From: Guillardia theta CCMP2712
Lineage: Eukaryota > Protista > Cryptophyta
Direction: 5' to 3'
Assembly: GCF_000315625.1 (NCBI RefSeq)
Contig: NW_005434665.1
Span: forward strand, 426,882-490,881
Length of the DNA stretch: 64,000 nt
In this document: positions 21,135 to 33,928 of the stretch, piece after piece
Position numbering within the stretch: position 1 is the stretch's first letter
How the letters are laid out: each line of letters begins with the position of its first letter
Program-made: the position numbers and the translations under genes
Notes under the pieces: generated by a model
Database searches by the model: none
Told to the model about the DNA's origin: nothing
Seen by the model: only the letters and a program-made list of their open reading frames with translations

Positions 21135-24100
21135 TTAAGCTAGCGGATCTGTCGGCTTCCCTGTCGACTCGTCGATCCATGCTTCCCCGTTCCACACGAT
21201 GCGCTTGCCGTCCTTGACCCTGTACGTCCCAGGGGAGAACCTGATCCCGGTATGCCAGTTGACACCGGCCTAGCATACTTCATCTCAGCCAAGAAGAAGA
21301 AGAGGCAACAAAGGGCAGGAAGGAGACAGGAAACGAAGCAAAGGAGGAGGAAACTTGAAGATTGGCGCAGAGGAGGAGCAGACGAGATGAGAGGAGTGAT
21401 GAGGGTGTGGGGTACGCTGGAAGCAACAAGGGATACCTGCGTGCCAGACTCGAACTTGAACTGCTCAGTCAGTTCCATCACCTACAAATAGGAGGTGAGG
21501 CATGAAGGCAAAAGGGAGGGAGTTCAACCTCCCCAAAGTGAGCGTTCCTCTTCTGCTGGTTGGCCCACCCCGACAGCTCGTGGGTCCAATGCACCAGGAA
21601 GTGGAACGGCAGGACGGCGAACTTGAACTGCTTGTAGAAGAGGCTGAGCACGTGCTGGGGCAGGAATCAGACGCGAGAATCGCACTGCAAAACGTCACCT
21701 GGGCCTTGTCGTTGCCGTAGTGGATGAATCTCTCGTCGAAGAACGGCATCTGCCATGAGCAAGCGAGCTCAGCTCCCCGCACTGATTCAGCAAGCTCTCT
21801 CAGAGGTACCGAGGAAGTAGCCCCTAGCAGGTAAGGCTCGCACGGCCAGCGGTAGTCTGCGAGATAGGACTGGGTGGCATTGTACCAGGCATCGTAGTTG
21901 AGGCAGCTGCACCAGTTTCCATAACTACGTGACTGCTCAATCCTCCTCCTCACCTGAACGCTGGCCAGAACTCATCCTTTCCTGAAAGAATTGGCTTTAT
22001 CTTGGCAGCTCGTAGCAGCGTCATCAGATCGTCCTTGTCCACAGGAAACTGAGTCTCCTGCTCCCCGGCGTCAACAAAAGTGAAGAGGTCGCGAGGAAGC
22101 GGCAATCTGCATGCCACACCGTAGAGGCTGCTGCCCCAACACCCTGGAAGGCAGGGATCGTGAAGACATGGTTCTTGGACATCACCCGAAGGACGTTGAT
22201 CTTGCATGCTATCAACTGCTGGCGGCGAGGACAGGAGATGAAACCTGAGATTGCAGCGACTTGTAGAATCCCGGGTCAGGGATAAGGTCGATGTCGAGGA
22301 GGAAAACAAAAGTAGACTGCAACAGTCCAGTCACGGCAAGAAGGGATAGGGGTCCAACCCCTCTGACAAACCTTGACAGTTTCCAAGGCCAAGTTTCTGA
22401 GAATATTTGCCGGGTACGTGGTGGCATCCCTTGCCTTGAAGCAAGGAGAGTCAGTGAGGGAACCAAATGCAGGGAGCAAAGATCACATTGGCCAATATCA
22501 AGTGATAGTTCTTCCTTCCCTCGACGTCAAGAGCCTTCACAAATCGATCGACAAGCTCCTTCTCTTCCAGCTTGTTCCGAATATAGATACAGGCAACCTG
22601 TAGACCAGTCATTGCTTCCCAATCGGAGCATCATCATCGACCATCGGCCCTGCCCATCGCCTGAAGTAACTTTGCAGACGATCTTACAGAAACATCAGAG
22701 AACAGACGAGAGAACTGAAATGACGATACCAAGTCGATCCACGGTGAGATGGGTGCTGATGGAGATATCGTCTCCTGACATTATCCCTCCTCCAGTCCTC
22801 ACGTCCATCTCCCCAATGAACTGCTCCCGTGGAACCCGAGACATCTGCGGGGCCGAGGCGTCACTTGATAGCTTCGTAGGTAGCTACTGCTAGACCTTGC
22901 TGATCGCAGCTTCGTCGGGTCGCTTTCCTACTTGTCGCATTTTCCCTCCTGACTCTGCAGGTGCAGGTCAGCACCCACTCGATGAGACAACATGAAGCCG
23001 ACCTGAGGCCCCTCCCTGCATCTGGTTTCCAACAGCATTATCCTGGCCAATCACCCGGAGATCGGAGGAGGAGGACGAGGAGGACGAGGAGGATAAAGAA
23101 GAGGGAGAGAGGGAGGATGGAGAGAGGGAGGATGGAGAGAGGGAGGATGGGGAGAGGGAGGACGGCGAGAATGAAGAATATGGTGACATCTTGTTTGATG
23201 ATTCTTGCCCTCCAATTGAATTTCCAGCAAGGCTAATGGAAGGAAGCAGCCCTGGTTGCTGCAAATTTTCCTTACGAAGTTCTTCTTGCTTAGCCTGCAC
23301 TGCTTGTGCACCGGAGCTTGAAATCGAGCTTCCCATCCCCTTGTAGCGATCAAGACCCCAAGCTGGTGGAACTCATCACTCGTTTGCTCAGTCCCATTGA
23401 GTTTCCTCACCAGCAGCATCCGGACTACCACTCGCTTTTGCCGGCACATTGAAGATCTCCTGCAGTGGTTAGTGAGCTTGTTCGAACACCTATCTGATGT
23501 AAGATAGCTTTCATGTAACACGTACCTTCTTCTCTACTGCAGCATCCTTAGCAGGAATAGGGTTCCACTCAATCGGCCATGGATCATTATTCCACACAAA
23601 TCTCTTCACCTCTACGATAAACAGCTTAAGCAAGTGTCTTAAGAATAGTGAATTTTTCTTACCTCTACCTTGATACATCAAACGTCTGGCAACATCCTGA
23701 TTGAAAGAGAAGAAAACAGCTTCTGCCGAAGCTCGATGTACGAATTTCTGGACATTCACTTTACCATCATGCCACCACACCTCCCAGTCTTCCGCTGCCG
23801 CTGCCGCTGGCAACGCAACTTTGTCTTTGAGCAGGTTCTCCAGCTTGTCCGGGTCCAGGGTGAGTTGCTTCTCAAGAGGCTTGAGATTGGCAGCTTGCAC
23901 ACGCTTCAGGTCCTGCTCGAAGTGAAAGTATTCCTGCGTAGGCCTCTGCGAGATCAGCCTTGTCGTGTTCCCCAGCAGTCTCATGTTGAGATTCGGAGCT
24001 GAAAGGATCTGGTTGTGCCGGAACGCTATCGCCGAGTCATCGATCTTCCTGTCGGCAGCTGCTGAAGAGCCTTCAGCCGACGATTTCGATTGAAGCGGTG

Positions 24101-24407
24101 CCCCCTCTCCGTACAGGTAATCGTTTCCCCTGATCGAAGGAGCTCGAGCAGCCATGCTCGCGACTGAAGGATAGTTTCTCGCAGGTTGCTGAGCAGCAGG
24201 ATCCTTTTTGGAAGCCTTCTGAGCCACAGCTCCTTCCACCTTCATGACTTCCGAATTCAGAATGGACCGCCTGATCTCCTCCTCTGTTTGAATGAGGTTT
24301 GCACGTTTGCTTTGCAGGTTATGTAACTCGTTCGAATAATACAGCAGTGATATCAGTGTCAGCAGCTCCATCACCGCAACCACCACAACCCCGCTCCGCA
24401 CGTTCAT
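21135..24407 (-). CDS. Type II membrane glycosyltransferase family 49 (LARGE/B4GAT1-like glucuronyltransferase domain)
   Basis: N-terminal TM (GVVVVAVMELLTLISLLYY); YPANILRNLAL, FVFLLDIDLIP (DxD), VFTIPAF, CEPYLL, FFDERFIHYGNDKAQ, FAVLPFHFLVHWTH. Linkage of the N-terminal exon to the GT domain is inferred. Confidence 0.85.
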
Positions 24408-24609
24408 GGTTGCGCGTTTTCGCAATCCTTCAACTACTATAGAGCATGTTTCATCTTCCGCATCCGGTTTGATTCCACCTTTGTTCCGATCGAGCTATCC
24501 GTCATGCTCTTGTACAGTTTGGATCAGGGTCCATGACAGCAGTAAGAAATAATGATTCCTTGCTACTAAAAATGTTTGTTGGTCACCTAATCTTCTTGTA
24601 TACAACTAC

Positions 24610-24679
24610 CTTCCTCCTCCTCTCCTCTCCTCTCCTCCTCTCCTCTCCTCTCCTCTCCTCTCCTCTCCTCTCCTCTCCT
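24610..24679. repeat. (CTCCT)n microsatellite
   Basis: Read directly. Confidence 0.9.
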
Positions 24680-24754
24680 TTGAACTTTCTCATTCCCTCA
24701 TGACTTTCCCCATGCGAACACTCGCCACGCAAATCTTTCCGCAAACAGTTCACG

Positions 24755-24960
24755 ACCACCCCACCCACACTCTCCCCATGAAATACCCCAATGAGTACCG
24801 AAAACCACCCACCCCATTCACCCAATACACATTAAACATTACCCCTAGAATTCTGCACCCTCCCCAATACTTCCGCTACCCCCTACTTGACTGTTATTAT
24901 TGGGACTTTCAAGGGTACATTGACCACCCTACCAATCTATTCACATCCAACCACCCAAGG
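24755..24960 (-). promoter_or_regulatory. (T/C)ACCC-rich block between the divergent GT49 and TRIP4 genes
   Basis: Dense ACCC words. Confidence 0.45.
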
Positions 24961-25094
24961 TGAATGGTTGTTTAATGCGACCGACAATATTTTATTGTCA
25001 GAGTCCCAGAGATTTATAGAAACTTTACTGCACCCTCACAGTGCTGCCTATCCGATTTTGCTGTCCGATTTTGTGGTTTCAGTGGAAGGCGGCC

Positions 25095-27854
25095 ATGGAA
25101 GAATGGGCGCGAAGAAGGATGGAGGAGATGGGGGGACCGGAGGCGGCAGAAGTCTGCGACTTCATCCTTAGCCTTGAGGTCAGTTGATCCTCCATCACAT
25201 CTAACCGAGCTCCACTTGTCTTCTCGACCTGACATGCGAAGAGTTTGTTTGACGCATGCTTTGGCTTGTACATTGCTCCCCACTAGAGGTTGGTTCGCAT
25301 GGTTCAGAGCTGTTTGTGTCCTCTTTCTGTTGTTCCGACTGCTATTCATTGTCATTCCACCGCTAGCTGCATCTTGATCCATCCCGATAATCAAATCAGA
25401 TCCCATCTCATCCCTTCGAGAATCCCTTGGTTATCATCCTAACCTTGACTCGCGGCAGGATGAAAACATTTTGAGAGAGACCGTTCATGCCATCTTCCAC
25501 TCAGCTAAAGATGCGGATCTCTTCTTGTCAGAGCTGGCGAAGAAGCGATCTGAAAGCAAGGCAGGACCTGCTGCATCCGCTGAGGAGAGGAATACGCAAC
25601 GAGATGCAGGGGACGATCAGAAGCAGCGGGCTTCATCCGGACGAACGACCAGGAACGATGGCTCTGACTGGTTCGCTAAAGCCGGACAAAAAGCTGCAGA
25701 CGAGGAAAGCGCAAGAGCAAGATTGCAGAGGAATTTGAATCGGTCATGCTCCCCTGAGCCAAAGACAGAGGAGGCATCGAAGAATCCTGTGGAATTGGAA
25801 AGCACGAATATGAAAGCCTACCAGAAAGGCGAAGATGAAAACGAATTTGCAGGGCTGGCAGTTGAAAAGAAGTCAAAGAAGAAGAACAAGAATGCTGTCG
25901 GAAATGGTCAAGCTTTTAGTGAATCAAGCAGCTCCGGAAATAAGGATAGTGCCCCATCAAAGCCGAAGCTCAGCCGGTAACATGGTTGCAACATTTCCGG
26001 TAGACTGAATCCTTTCGTTTGTAGCGCCGCACGAGCAGAAATGTTGTCGTCTATCTCAGGTGAAGCTTTCTTAGTTCCTGGACGGCATCCTTGCAAATGG
26101 GTGGGGAATGGCGACGAATACAAACTAGTTGGAAACTGCATGGATTGTGGAAAGATTCTTTCAAACCAGGTAGGTGACTTTACCTCGTACTTCAGATTTG
26201 CTGAAACTCAGAGTCCAACAGGAGGGAAAAGGTCCCTGCCTAGTCTGTGGGTCTGAACAAGTGTACATTGCTGATGGCGACTGCATGCTGGATGGGACCC
26301 CCGTGAATCAGACTCTTCTCGCAAAGCGCCGAAGGGGAGCAGGAAATGAGAATGAGATAGACGAACTTGATTTGCAGGTGGGTTTAGCTAATCCGAATCT
26401 TGTGGTATTCTGCTCTGATCTTGTTTTTTTGCAAAAACTGATTCTGCTTTGTATGCCTTGTCCGTTTTGTTTGTTTGTCCTTTCCAAGGTGCTTAGTTCA
26501 TTAAAACCTTTTTTACAGTTGCGTGAGAGAAATGAAGGAGAAGCGGAAGCATTCCTGAGTGCACTGGACCTCCGTGATCGTTTGATAGATTTTGAGCAGA
26601 ACAGAGCTGCACGTACCACAGTAATCGACGACCAGGCTGATTTCTTCGATAGCTCTTCGCACTGGCTAACCAAGGATCAGCGTGAAAGCGCAATGAGGGC
26701 AGAAAAAGCCTTCATGGATCGTCTCAACAAGGGGAGAAATTCAGATCCTGTCATGTTTTCGATAGATTTTGCAGGACGTAAGATTGTCGAAGGAGACATT
26801 CAGCACGAGGCAATGGACGCCGACGTCACTTCAGGTCCTGCTCGCATCGACTCGGAATCGCAGGGAGTTCAGGCTGCCAGCACTCCATTGGCTTCTCTGT
26901 CTCATGCTGGAGCAGCCCCGAAGGGCCCGAAGATCGATCTGATGGGTCCGACGTTGCAGCAGGACATGTACTTGGGGGCTCAGTACAGTCGGCCACAGGG
27001 CCCGGTGTCCCTCAAGAATGACAATCTCTATGGAAGGTCTCGGGAGATCTACGAGCTGCTGACAGAAATTTTCAAGCCTTCCAGCAAAGACAAGATGAAG
27101 GTGGAAGAGTCGTCTTCAAGGAGCGGGAATATCTTGCAGCATGAAAGGGACGATCCAGCCGCTCTGATGAGCATGGACGTGCCTGAATCGATCAGGGAGA
27201 TGGAGAACTACTGTGATGACCCGAATCAATCAGACGACACGCGCAGCGAGTATGAGGAGGCATCCAACTACACGGGCCTCGGTGACATCGTCACGGACCA
27301 CTCGGACGACCAAGGCGTCTGCCTTTCAATGCACCAACCATGGGCTTCTTTGGTAGTTCACGGGATCAAGAAGGTGGAAGGACGAGGATGGTCGACCTCT
27401 CACCGGGGGCGCCTGTGGATCGCAGCTACCAAGCGGAGACCGTTGCAGAGCGAGGTTGACGCTGTTCTTCAGCAGTACGAGGAGCTGCGTCAGCTGCAAG
27501 GGTTCCGCGAGCCCGAGATGCTGCTCCCCGAGCACTACCCAACTTCCGTCCTGCTTGGATGTGTGGATGTTGTGGACTGTGTCTCCCGAGAGTCGTTCCC
27601 TCCTGATGCAGACGAAGAGAAGACAGAGTGTGCCTATGGTTTCATCCTGGACAAACCTTGCCGGCTGTCCATCACACCTAAGGTAAACCAACGAAGGATG
27701 TGATGTTCGGTGTGACGTTCATGTCAGATTCTTGGCCAACCAAAGATCTGGCCGCTAGAGACGCAAGTGCTTGCTCGAGCGCAGAAGCAGCTGAGGTAGG
27801 CAGTGACCTCCACATGGTTTCAGGACTGACTCGTTCACGCTTGTAGGTATGTAG
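25095..27854 (+). CDS. TRIP4: Activating signal cointegrator 1 (TRIP4/ASC-1/Rqt4-like): C2HC5-type Zn finger + ASCH domain
   Basis: MEEWARRRMEEMGG...; GRHPC...NCMDCGKI..Q|EGKGPCLVCG; RTTVIDDQADFF; CLSMHQPWASLVVHGIKKVEGRGWSTSHRGRLWIAA; PEHYPTSVLLGCV; GQPKIWPL. Confidence 0.93.
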
Positions 27855-28107
27855 TTCCTGTGCGATAGCAAGAACCGGCTTAGCGACGATCGCTGTAATT
27901 TCAGAAGGGTGCATAGAACAAGAAACATCTCAAACAAACATTCAAATCAACCATGCTACCAAGAGGAGATGGGAATTGGAGCTTTCGAGCATGCAAACAA
28001 AACATTACAGCTTTGCAGTGATTGTATTGAAAAATGTTGTTAGTACTCTTGTCCAAAGTACTAGGACTCGTTGATGAAGCTTGTCTTGGGCGTTGCAAGA
28101 GACCTGT

Positions 28108-28726
28108 TCAAGGAATGTCTGTCTCTTGAAACTTGCCAAGAGCAACGACAGGCTCTGGCAAGCTAGAATCTAACTGAATAAATGAGGCCATCCTTGAAGT
28201 TGGTGTCCGCTCTGGAAAACCTTCCAAGATTTCCAACTCCTCAGATAGCGGCTTGGGATAAGCATTGTATGTATCGGGTGAGAGAATGACATGGCACGTA
28301 AGAAGATCGCCCAGTTGCACTTTGTGCTTGACGGCAGCTTCATACAAAGTTTGTCCATGAAAAGCAGCGACTCTGTATCGTTCACCTGAAAAGGCAATCA
28401 GAATTGAACGAAAAGGAGCAGGGACGCCGAGCAAAAACGCGGGCTAGCATACCGAGGTTGTTGCTGAAGGTGATATGGACAAGTCTGTCGCGCGCGTGTG
28501 GGACTGGAGACAGCGTCTTGACCTTTCCGCTCATGCTCATTGCACGGCACTGCGTTCCTACTTCATTGCGAGGGACGGTAGGATAGGCTTGATGCCTGGA
28601 GGCGTTATGGGAGAGGGTATACGACAAGCTCCTTGAGAGGATGCTCGAAGTGAGAGGAGCCGGCGAGGATCTTGACATTGATGCCATAGAGCAGCGCGCA
28701 GCCGCAGAGGAGAAGCGGCGCAGCAT
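28108..28726 (-). CDS. Mitochondrial adrenodoxin-fold protein lacking three of four cluster cysteines (candidate complex I bridge ferredoxin)
   Basis: Arg/Ser-rich presequence MLRRFSSAAAR; intron 28386-28452; VHITF..NLG|ERYRVAAFHGQTLYEAA...TCHVIL...EELEIL...TPTSRMASFI. Confidence 0.75.
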
Positions 28727-29034
28727 TGTTCCTATAAGTGGATATAAAGATTGTACTGACAAAGTGCTTGTGGGGGTATTTGTAATATGAATCAGAGTGG
28801 CGACGTATATTCGTACTGTGGAGAACAGTTTTAAACTCTGGTTATCTTGTACTGAAAATGTGTACCGTAAATAAAATCTCTCGAAGAAATGCGATCTGTG
28901 GAGCATTTATAATGTTTATACTAAGAAGTAAAAGTTTTAAAAAGGCAGGTACAGATTTTTACGTAGTTAAGTTTTATAATAGGAAAGGGTTTTAAAAGAT
29001 GTTCCCCCGTACCGGTCGCTTCCACCACAACAAG

Positions 29035-29225
29035 AAGGGTAGAGGTTAGAATCAAAGTACCGGTCGTGTTGAGGGTTGAAGCCGGGGATCTTTCCAGTGG
29101 GGTAGAGACACACAGGAATGAAAATCCTGGGGTGGGGGGTGGGACGGACAGTATTTAGATGGGGTGAATCAATCGATTTCAAGGGGTAGGGGTGGGTGGA
29201 TTATTTATAGGGGATAGGGAGGGGT
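29035..29225 (+). promoter_or_regulatory. GGGT-rich block upstream of SMC4
   Basis: GGGGTAGGGGTGGGTGG and similar words. Confidence 0.5.
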
Positions 29226-29269
29226 TCTTTTTTTGAATTTCGAATCTAAGCAACGGGAGGTTCACCGCC

Positions 29270-32200
29270 ATGGCTGTGAAGAGCGAGGGAGAGGGGGGAG
29301 GAGACGCCATGAGGGCAGAGAACGCAGGAAGTTCTACTTCTAAGAGACTGATCATCACTCATATGACTCTTGAGAACTTCAAGAGCTATGCTGGAATCCA
29401 GGAGATTGGTCCTTTCCACAAGGTGTGGATATGTTATGTCCTGGTTTGTGCGTCTCGATGCTAACCTTCTCCTCGTCATTCAGAAATTCTCTTCTGTTGT
29501 TGGACCAAATGGAAGTGGAAAGAGCAATGTCATCGACGCCATGTTGTTTGTCTTCGGCAAGAGGGCTAAGCAGCTTCGATTGAACAAGGTATGGATCATA
29601 AATATTCTGGTCGCATATAATTCTATGTTCCTTGTTGCAGGTTTCGGAGCTCATCCATAAGTCAGAGAGTCACATGAACCTTCAGAGCTGCAAGGTCTCC
29701 GTCCACTTTGTTGAGATCAAGAACGAAGACAATGGAACGGACGAGTTTGACATCATCCCTGGCAGCGAACTAGAAGTCTCTCGTGCGGCCTTCTCGGACA
29801 ATTCGAACAAATACTACATCAATGGCCGTTCGAGCAACTACAAGGAGGTTACAAGCCTCCTCAAAGAGAAGGGAATCGATCTGGATCACAACAGGTTCTT
29901 GATCTTGCAAGGAGAGGTGGAACAGATATCTCTCATGCCCCCAAAAGCTCGCAATGAGCATGAGACCGGAATGCTCGAGTACCTGGAGGACATCATCGGT
30001 TCAAACAGGCTGATTGAGGCGATTGAGTCAGCTGCAAAGGAGGTTGATGTCTTGAATGAGGAGAGGGGGCAGAAAGTGAACAAGTTGAAGATTGTCCAGA
30101 AGGATAGAGACAACTTGGGAAGTGCGAAGGAGGAGGCTGAAGAGTATCTTAACCAACAGAAGAAATTGATCTCCAAGAAAGCCGTTCTGTACCAAATCCA
30201 CTTGCAAGAGGCCCATGAGCAGCAGGTAAAGGAGCAGGAGAAGAAGACAAAGCTTGAAGAGAAGATTGCAGCTGAGAAGGACAAGTTGGAAGAATCACAG
30301 AAGCGCGTTGAGGAGATGACCACCGAGTACAATAAGGAGAAGGAGGGTTATGAGCAATTAGAGGCTGAGCTCCGACAAAGCAAAGAGGAATTTTCTGTTT
30401 TCGAAAGGAAGGATGTCAAGTACAAAGAGGACATCAAGCACTTGAAAGCCAAAGAGAAGAAGTTGAGAGAGACTGCAGTGAAGGAGAAAGAAAAGGCTGA
30501 AAAGGCAAAAGAGTCCATTTCAAAGCAAGAGAAATCCATTGTTGAGGCTGAAAAGACTGTTCAGAGAATGGAGTCTTTGATTCCTGGCGAGCAAGAGATC
30601 TTGGACGGCTTGTACGAAGCTACCAAGGAAGAGACCGAAGCTCTTCGTGCTCAGCTTGCCAAGGCTCAGGAGGAGCTGACTCCCTGGATGCAAATGACAA
30701 ATGAGGCGCAGAGCTCCGTGGACATTGTTAGAGCCGAGATTGAGCTTCTTGAAAGCAAAGAGAAGAAAGCCAAGCAGGCCCTGATGGAGGCTGAGCAGCG
30801 CCTCAAGGAGGCTGAGCCCAAACGCAAGGAGAAGCAGAATAACCTCAAGTCCAAGCAAGCAGCCATCTCCAAGACCAAGAAATCGATCGAAGAAGCTCAG
30901 GAGGAACTTGGCTCTCTGGAAGAGCGCGAGAAATCCCTCAGGGAGTCTGTTCGCTCTGCTCGCACTAAGCTTGAAGATTCGAAATCTGCCCAGAAAGCCT
31001 CTTCGTCTCAGAGTACCGTCCTCAAGGTCCTCATGGAAGCCAAGAAGTCTGGAAAGATTGCCGGCATTTACGGCAGACTGGGAGACCTCGGATCCATTGA
31101 CGCGAAGTATGATGTTGCTATCTCGACGGCCTGCGGTGCTTTGAATCACATCCTCGTCGAGAACACTGCTGTCGCGCAGAGATGCTGCGACCTGTTGAGG
31201 TCAACTGGCGCTGGAGTATCCACTTTCATCATGCTCGACAAGCAGAACCACCTGGCCGACAAGATGAGGAAGAACGCTGATGCCTTTCCTGCAGCAAGGC
31301 TCTTCGATCTGGTGCAGCCTCGTGAGGAGAAGTTTCTGCCCGCCTTCTACTTTGCCCTCCGTGACACGCTGGTAGCCTCTGATCTGGATGAGGCTATGCA
31401 GATCGCCTACCAGGGAAAGAGCTCCACTGGAGGAGCCAAGTTCCGTGTGGTGACGCTGGAAGGAGCTTTGATCGACACTTCGGGAACTATGTCCGGAGGA
31501 GGAGCCAAGGTTGCAAAGGGAGGCATGTCGTCGGTCCAGAGCGATCCTGATGCTCTCTCCGCCAAAGAGATTGAAAGCCTCGAGAAGAAGCTGGCAAAGG
31601 AGAGCGACGAACTGACCAGCTTGAGGACTCGCCAGCAGCTGCTCGAGAAGAGCCTTGAGACCATGAACAAGGAGTTGAGGCAGTTACAGGCCGACGTGGA
31701 GAAACTCGAGCTGGAACTCTCTGAGCTGTCAAAGGAGGAGGCCGAGACCAAGGCCAACATGGAGGTCTACAAGGCCGAGGCCAAGTCCAACCCTGAAGAT
31801 GCAAAGAAGGTCAAGGAACTGAGCAAGGCGCTGTCTCAGAACGAGGACGCCCTGCAGAAGGCGAAGAAGAAGTCGGACGCTGCAGAGGAGAAGTGCAAGG
31901 CGATCCAGGATGAGATCATGAATGCCGGAGGCGAGAAGTTGAAGATGCAGAAGAAGAAGGTGGAAGGCATGACTGCGGCCCTCGAAGAAGCGAACTCGTC
32001 CATTAACAAGGGAAAGGTTTCCTTGAAGTCGCTGGCCAAGACCATCGAGAAGTCCGAGGCTGCTGCCAAGTCTGCAGAGGAAGATGCTGACGCGGCTGTG
32101 GAGGAGCTGAAGGCGCTCAAGGAGGAGTACAAGGGCATTGAGGAGGCAGCGATGAAAGTGATGGAGGTCTACCAGAAGACTCAGGAGATGCTGGACCAGA

Positions 32201-33204
32201 AGAAGGAGCACATGACTGGGATCGAGAAAGACTACGATAAGGTCAAGTCTGCTTTGGCAAAGCTTCGGGCTGCTCAAGTCGACATCGAGAATGAGCTTCA
32301 GGACGCTGAGAAGGCTCTCAAGGAAGTGTCGGAGAGGTCAAAGCACTGGACTTCCAAGCTGGAGGCCTTGCGTGAGGAGTATGAGCAAGAGTTTGAGGAG
32401 ATGGAGGAGGCGAAGGCATCGAACGTGGAGGAGATGGAGGAGGACGAGGAGAAGGACGTGAGCGAAGACGCGAAGAAGGTCTGGGATTTGACCGCTGAGT
32501 CACTTGCCAAGTTCAACATGAAGAATCTCAAGTATGAGATCACGACCATCGAGGAAGTTCTTCAGCGCATGAACCCTAACATGGGGGCCATTGCAGAATG
32601 GCGCAAGAAAGACGCAGAGTTCAAGGAGCGGCAGGCGGAGCTTGATGCTGTGACGGAGAAGAGAGACGCGATGCGAGGGACGCATGACAACCTGAGGAAG
32701 CAGAGGCTGGACGAGTTCATGACGGGCTTCAGTATCATCTCCATGCGACTCAAGGAGATGTACCAAATGATCACGCTGGGTGGCGATGCCGAGCTCGAGC
32801 TTGTGGACTCCCTCGATCCTTTCTCGGAGGGCATCGTCTTCAGCGTCAGGCCTCCCAAGAAGTCCTGGAAGAACATCTCCAACCTCTCCGGAGGCGAGAA
32901 GACGCTCTCCTCGCTCTCTCTGGTCTTTGCCCTGCATCACTACAAGCCAACCCCGCTGTACGTCATGGATGAGATCGACGCGGCTCTCGACTTCAAGAAC
33001 GTCAGCATCGTTGCCAACTACATCAAGGAACGGACACAAGACGCCCAGTTCATTATCATCTCTCTTCGCAACAACATGTTCGAGCTGGCGGACAGGTTGG
33101 TCGGCATCTACAAGACTCATCACTGCACCAAGAGCGTCACCATCAACCCTTCCCTGCTTGCTGCTCATCTGCCCCCTGTCGCCACCGTCGGCGGGAATGA
33201 GTAA
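29270..33204 (+). CDS. SMC4: Condensin subunit SMC4
   Basis: LENFKSYAG..IGPFHK|FSSVVGPNGSGKSNVIDAMLFVFGKRA; IDLDHNRFLILQGEVEQI; hinge GRLGDLGSID; signature LSGGEKTLSSL; Walker B YVMDEIDAALD. Two short 5' introns. Confidence 0.98.
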
Positions 33205-33312
33205 CTTGTCAATCAGGGACTTCACTAACTTAAAGTAAACCCTTTGTAACGTTACACGTCTCCTGCTCTTCACCCCCTCAGCGACTCGTCGCCTGTCTAA
33301 GAGGTTCTCCTT

Positions 33313-33561
33313 CTAAGACTCCTCTTCAGGATTCGTCGATTCGCGATCGCGATCGTCCCCGTGCACGATGCTGTCGAAGATTTCCTTGTGGTACCACAGC
33401 CTTGCCCATATGCCACACGTTCCGATGATCATGAGAAGAAGCAAAACGAAGAAAACCTGCCTATCATCAGCGTCTTGCTTGTTCGCTTCCATCCTCCTTC
33501 GCCTCATCAACATCATCATCATCACCACCACCACCACCACCACCATCACCATCATCATTAA

Positions 33562-33623
<62 letters not shown>

Positions 33624-33928
33624 CCATCATCACCATCACCATCACCATCCCCACCATCACCATCACCACCACCATCACCATCACCATCACCATCACCATC
33701 ATCCCACAATCAACGTCACCATCTTCATTGTTCACAGCACCATCCACCATCTATCACCGTGGCCAAAGTCGCGCAGCTTCCTCCGTCTCCGTTGCATATT
33801 CCGCAGCTATCGCGGTATCCGTTGTTGGCGCACTTGGCAGAGGGAAGTACGTCGATGCCCGGGGGCCTCTGGGAGGTGGAGGAAGCAACGAGCGCAAGGA
33901 GGCTCAACCAGTACAAGGGTGACCCCAT
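33313..33928 (-). CDS. Small (about 104 aa) type I membrane protein with a single DxCGxCxGDGxSC motif
   Basis: Signal peptide MGSPLYWLSLLALVASS; CANNGYRDSCGICNGDGGSC; intron 33457-33757; TM VFFVLLLLMIIGTCGIWA; acidic tail. Confidence 0.7.
33503..33703. repeat. (CAT)n/(CACCAT)n intronic microsatellite
   Basis: Read directly. Confidence 0.95.

Noticed and set aside
29770-33273. Long antisense ORFs opposite SMC4
   Set aside because: Shadow frames caused by the codon bias of the real gene.
33361-33750. Poly-His/poly-Ile/poly-Met/poly-Asp ORFs
   Set aside because: Frames of the (CAT)n intron.
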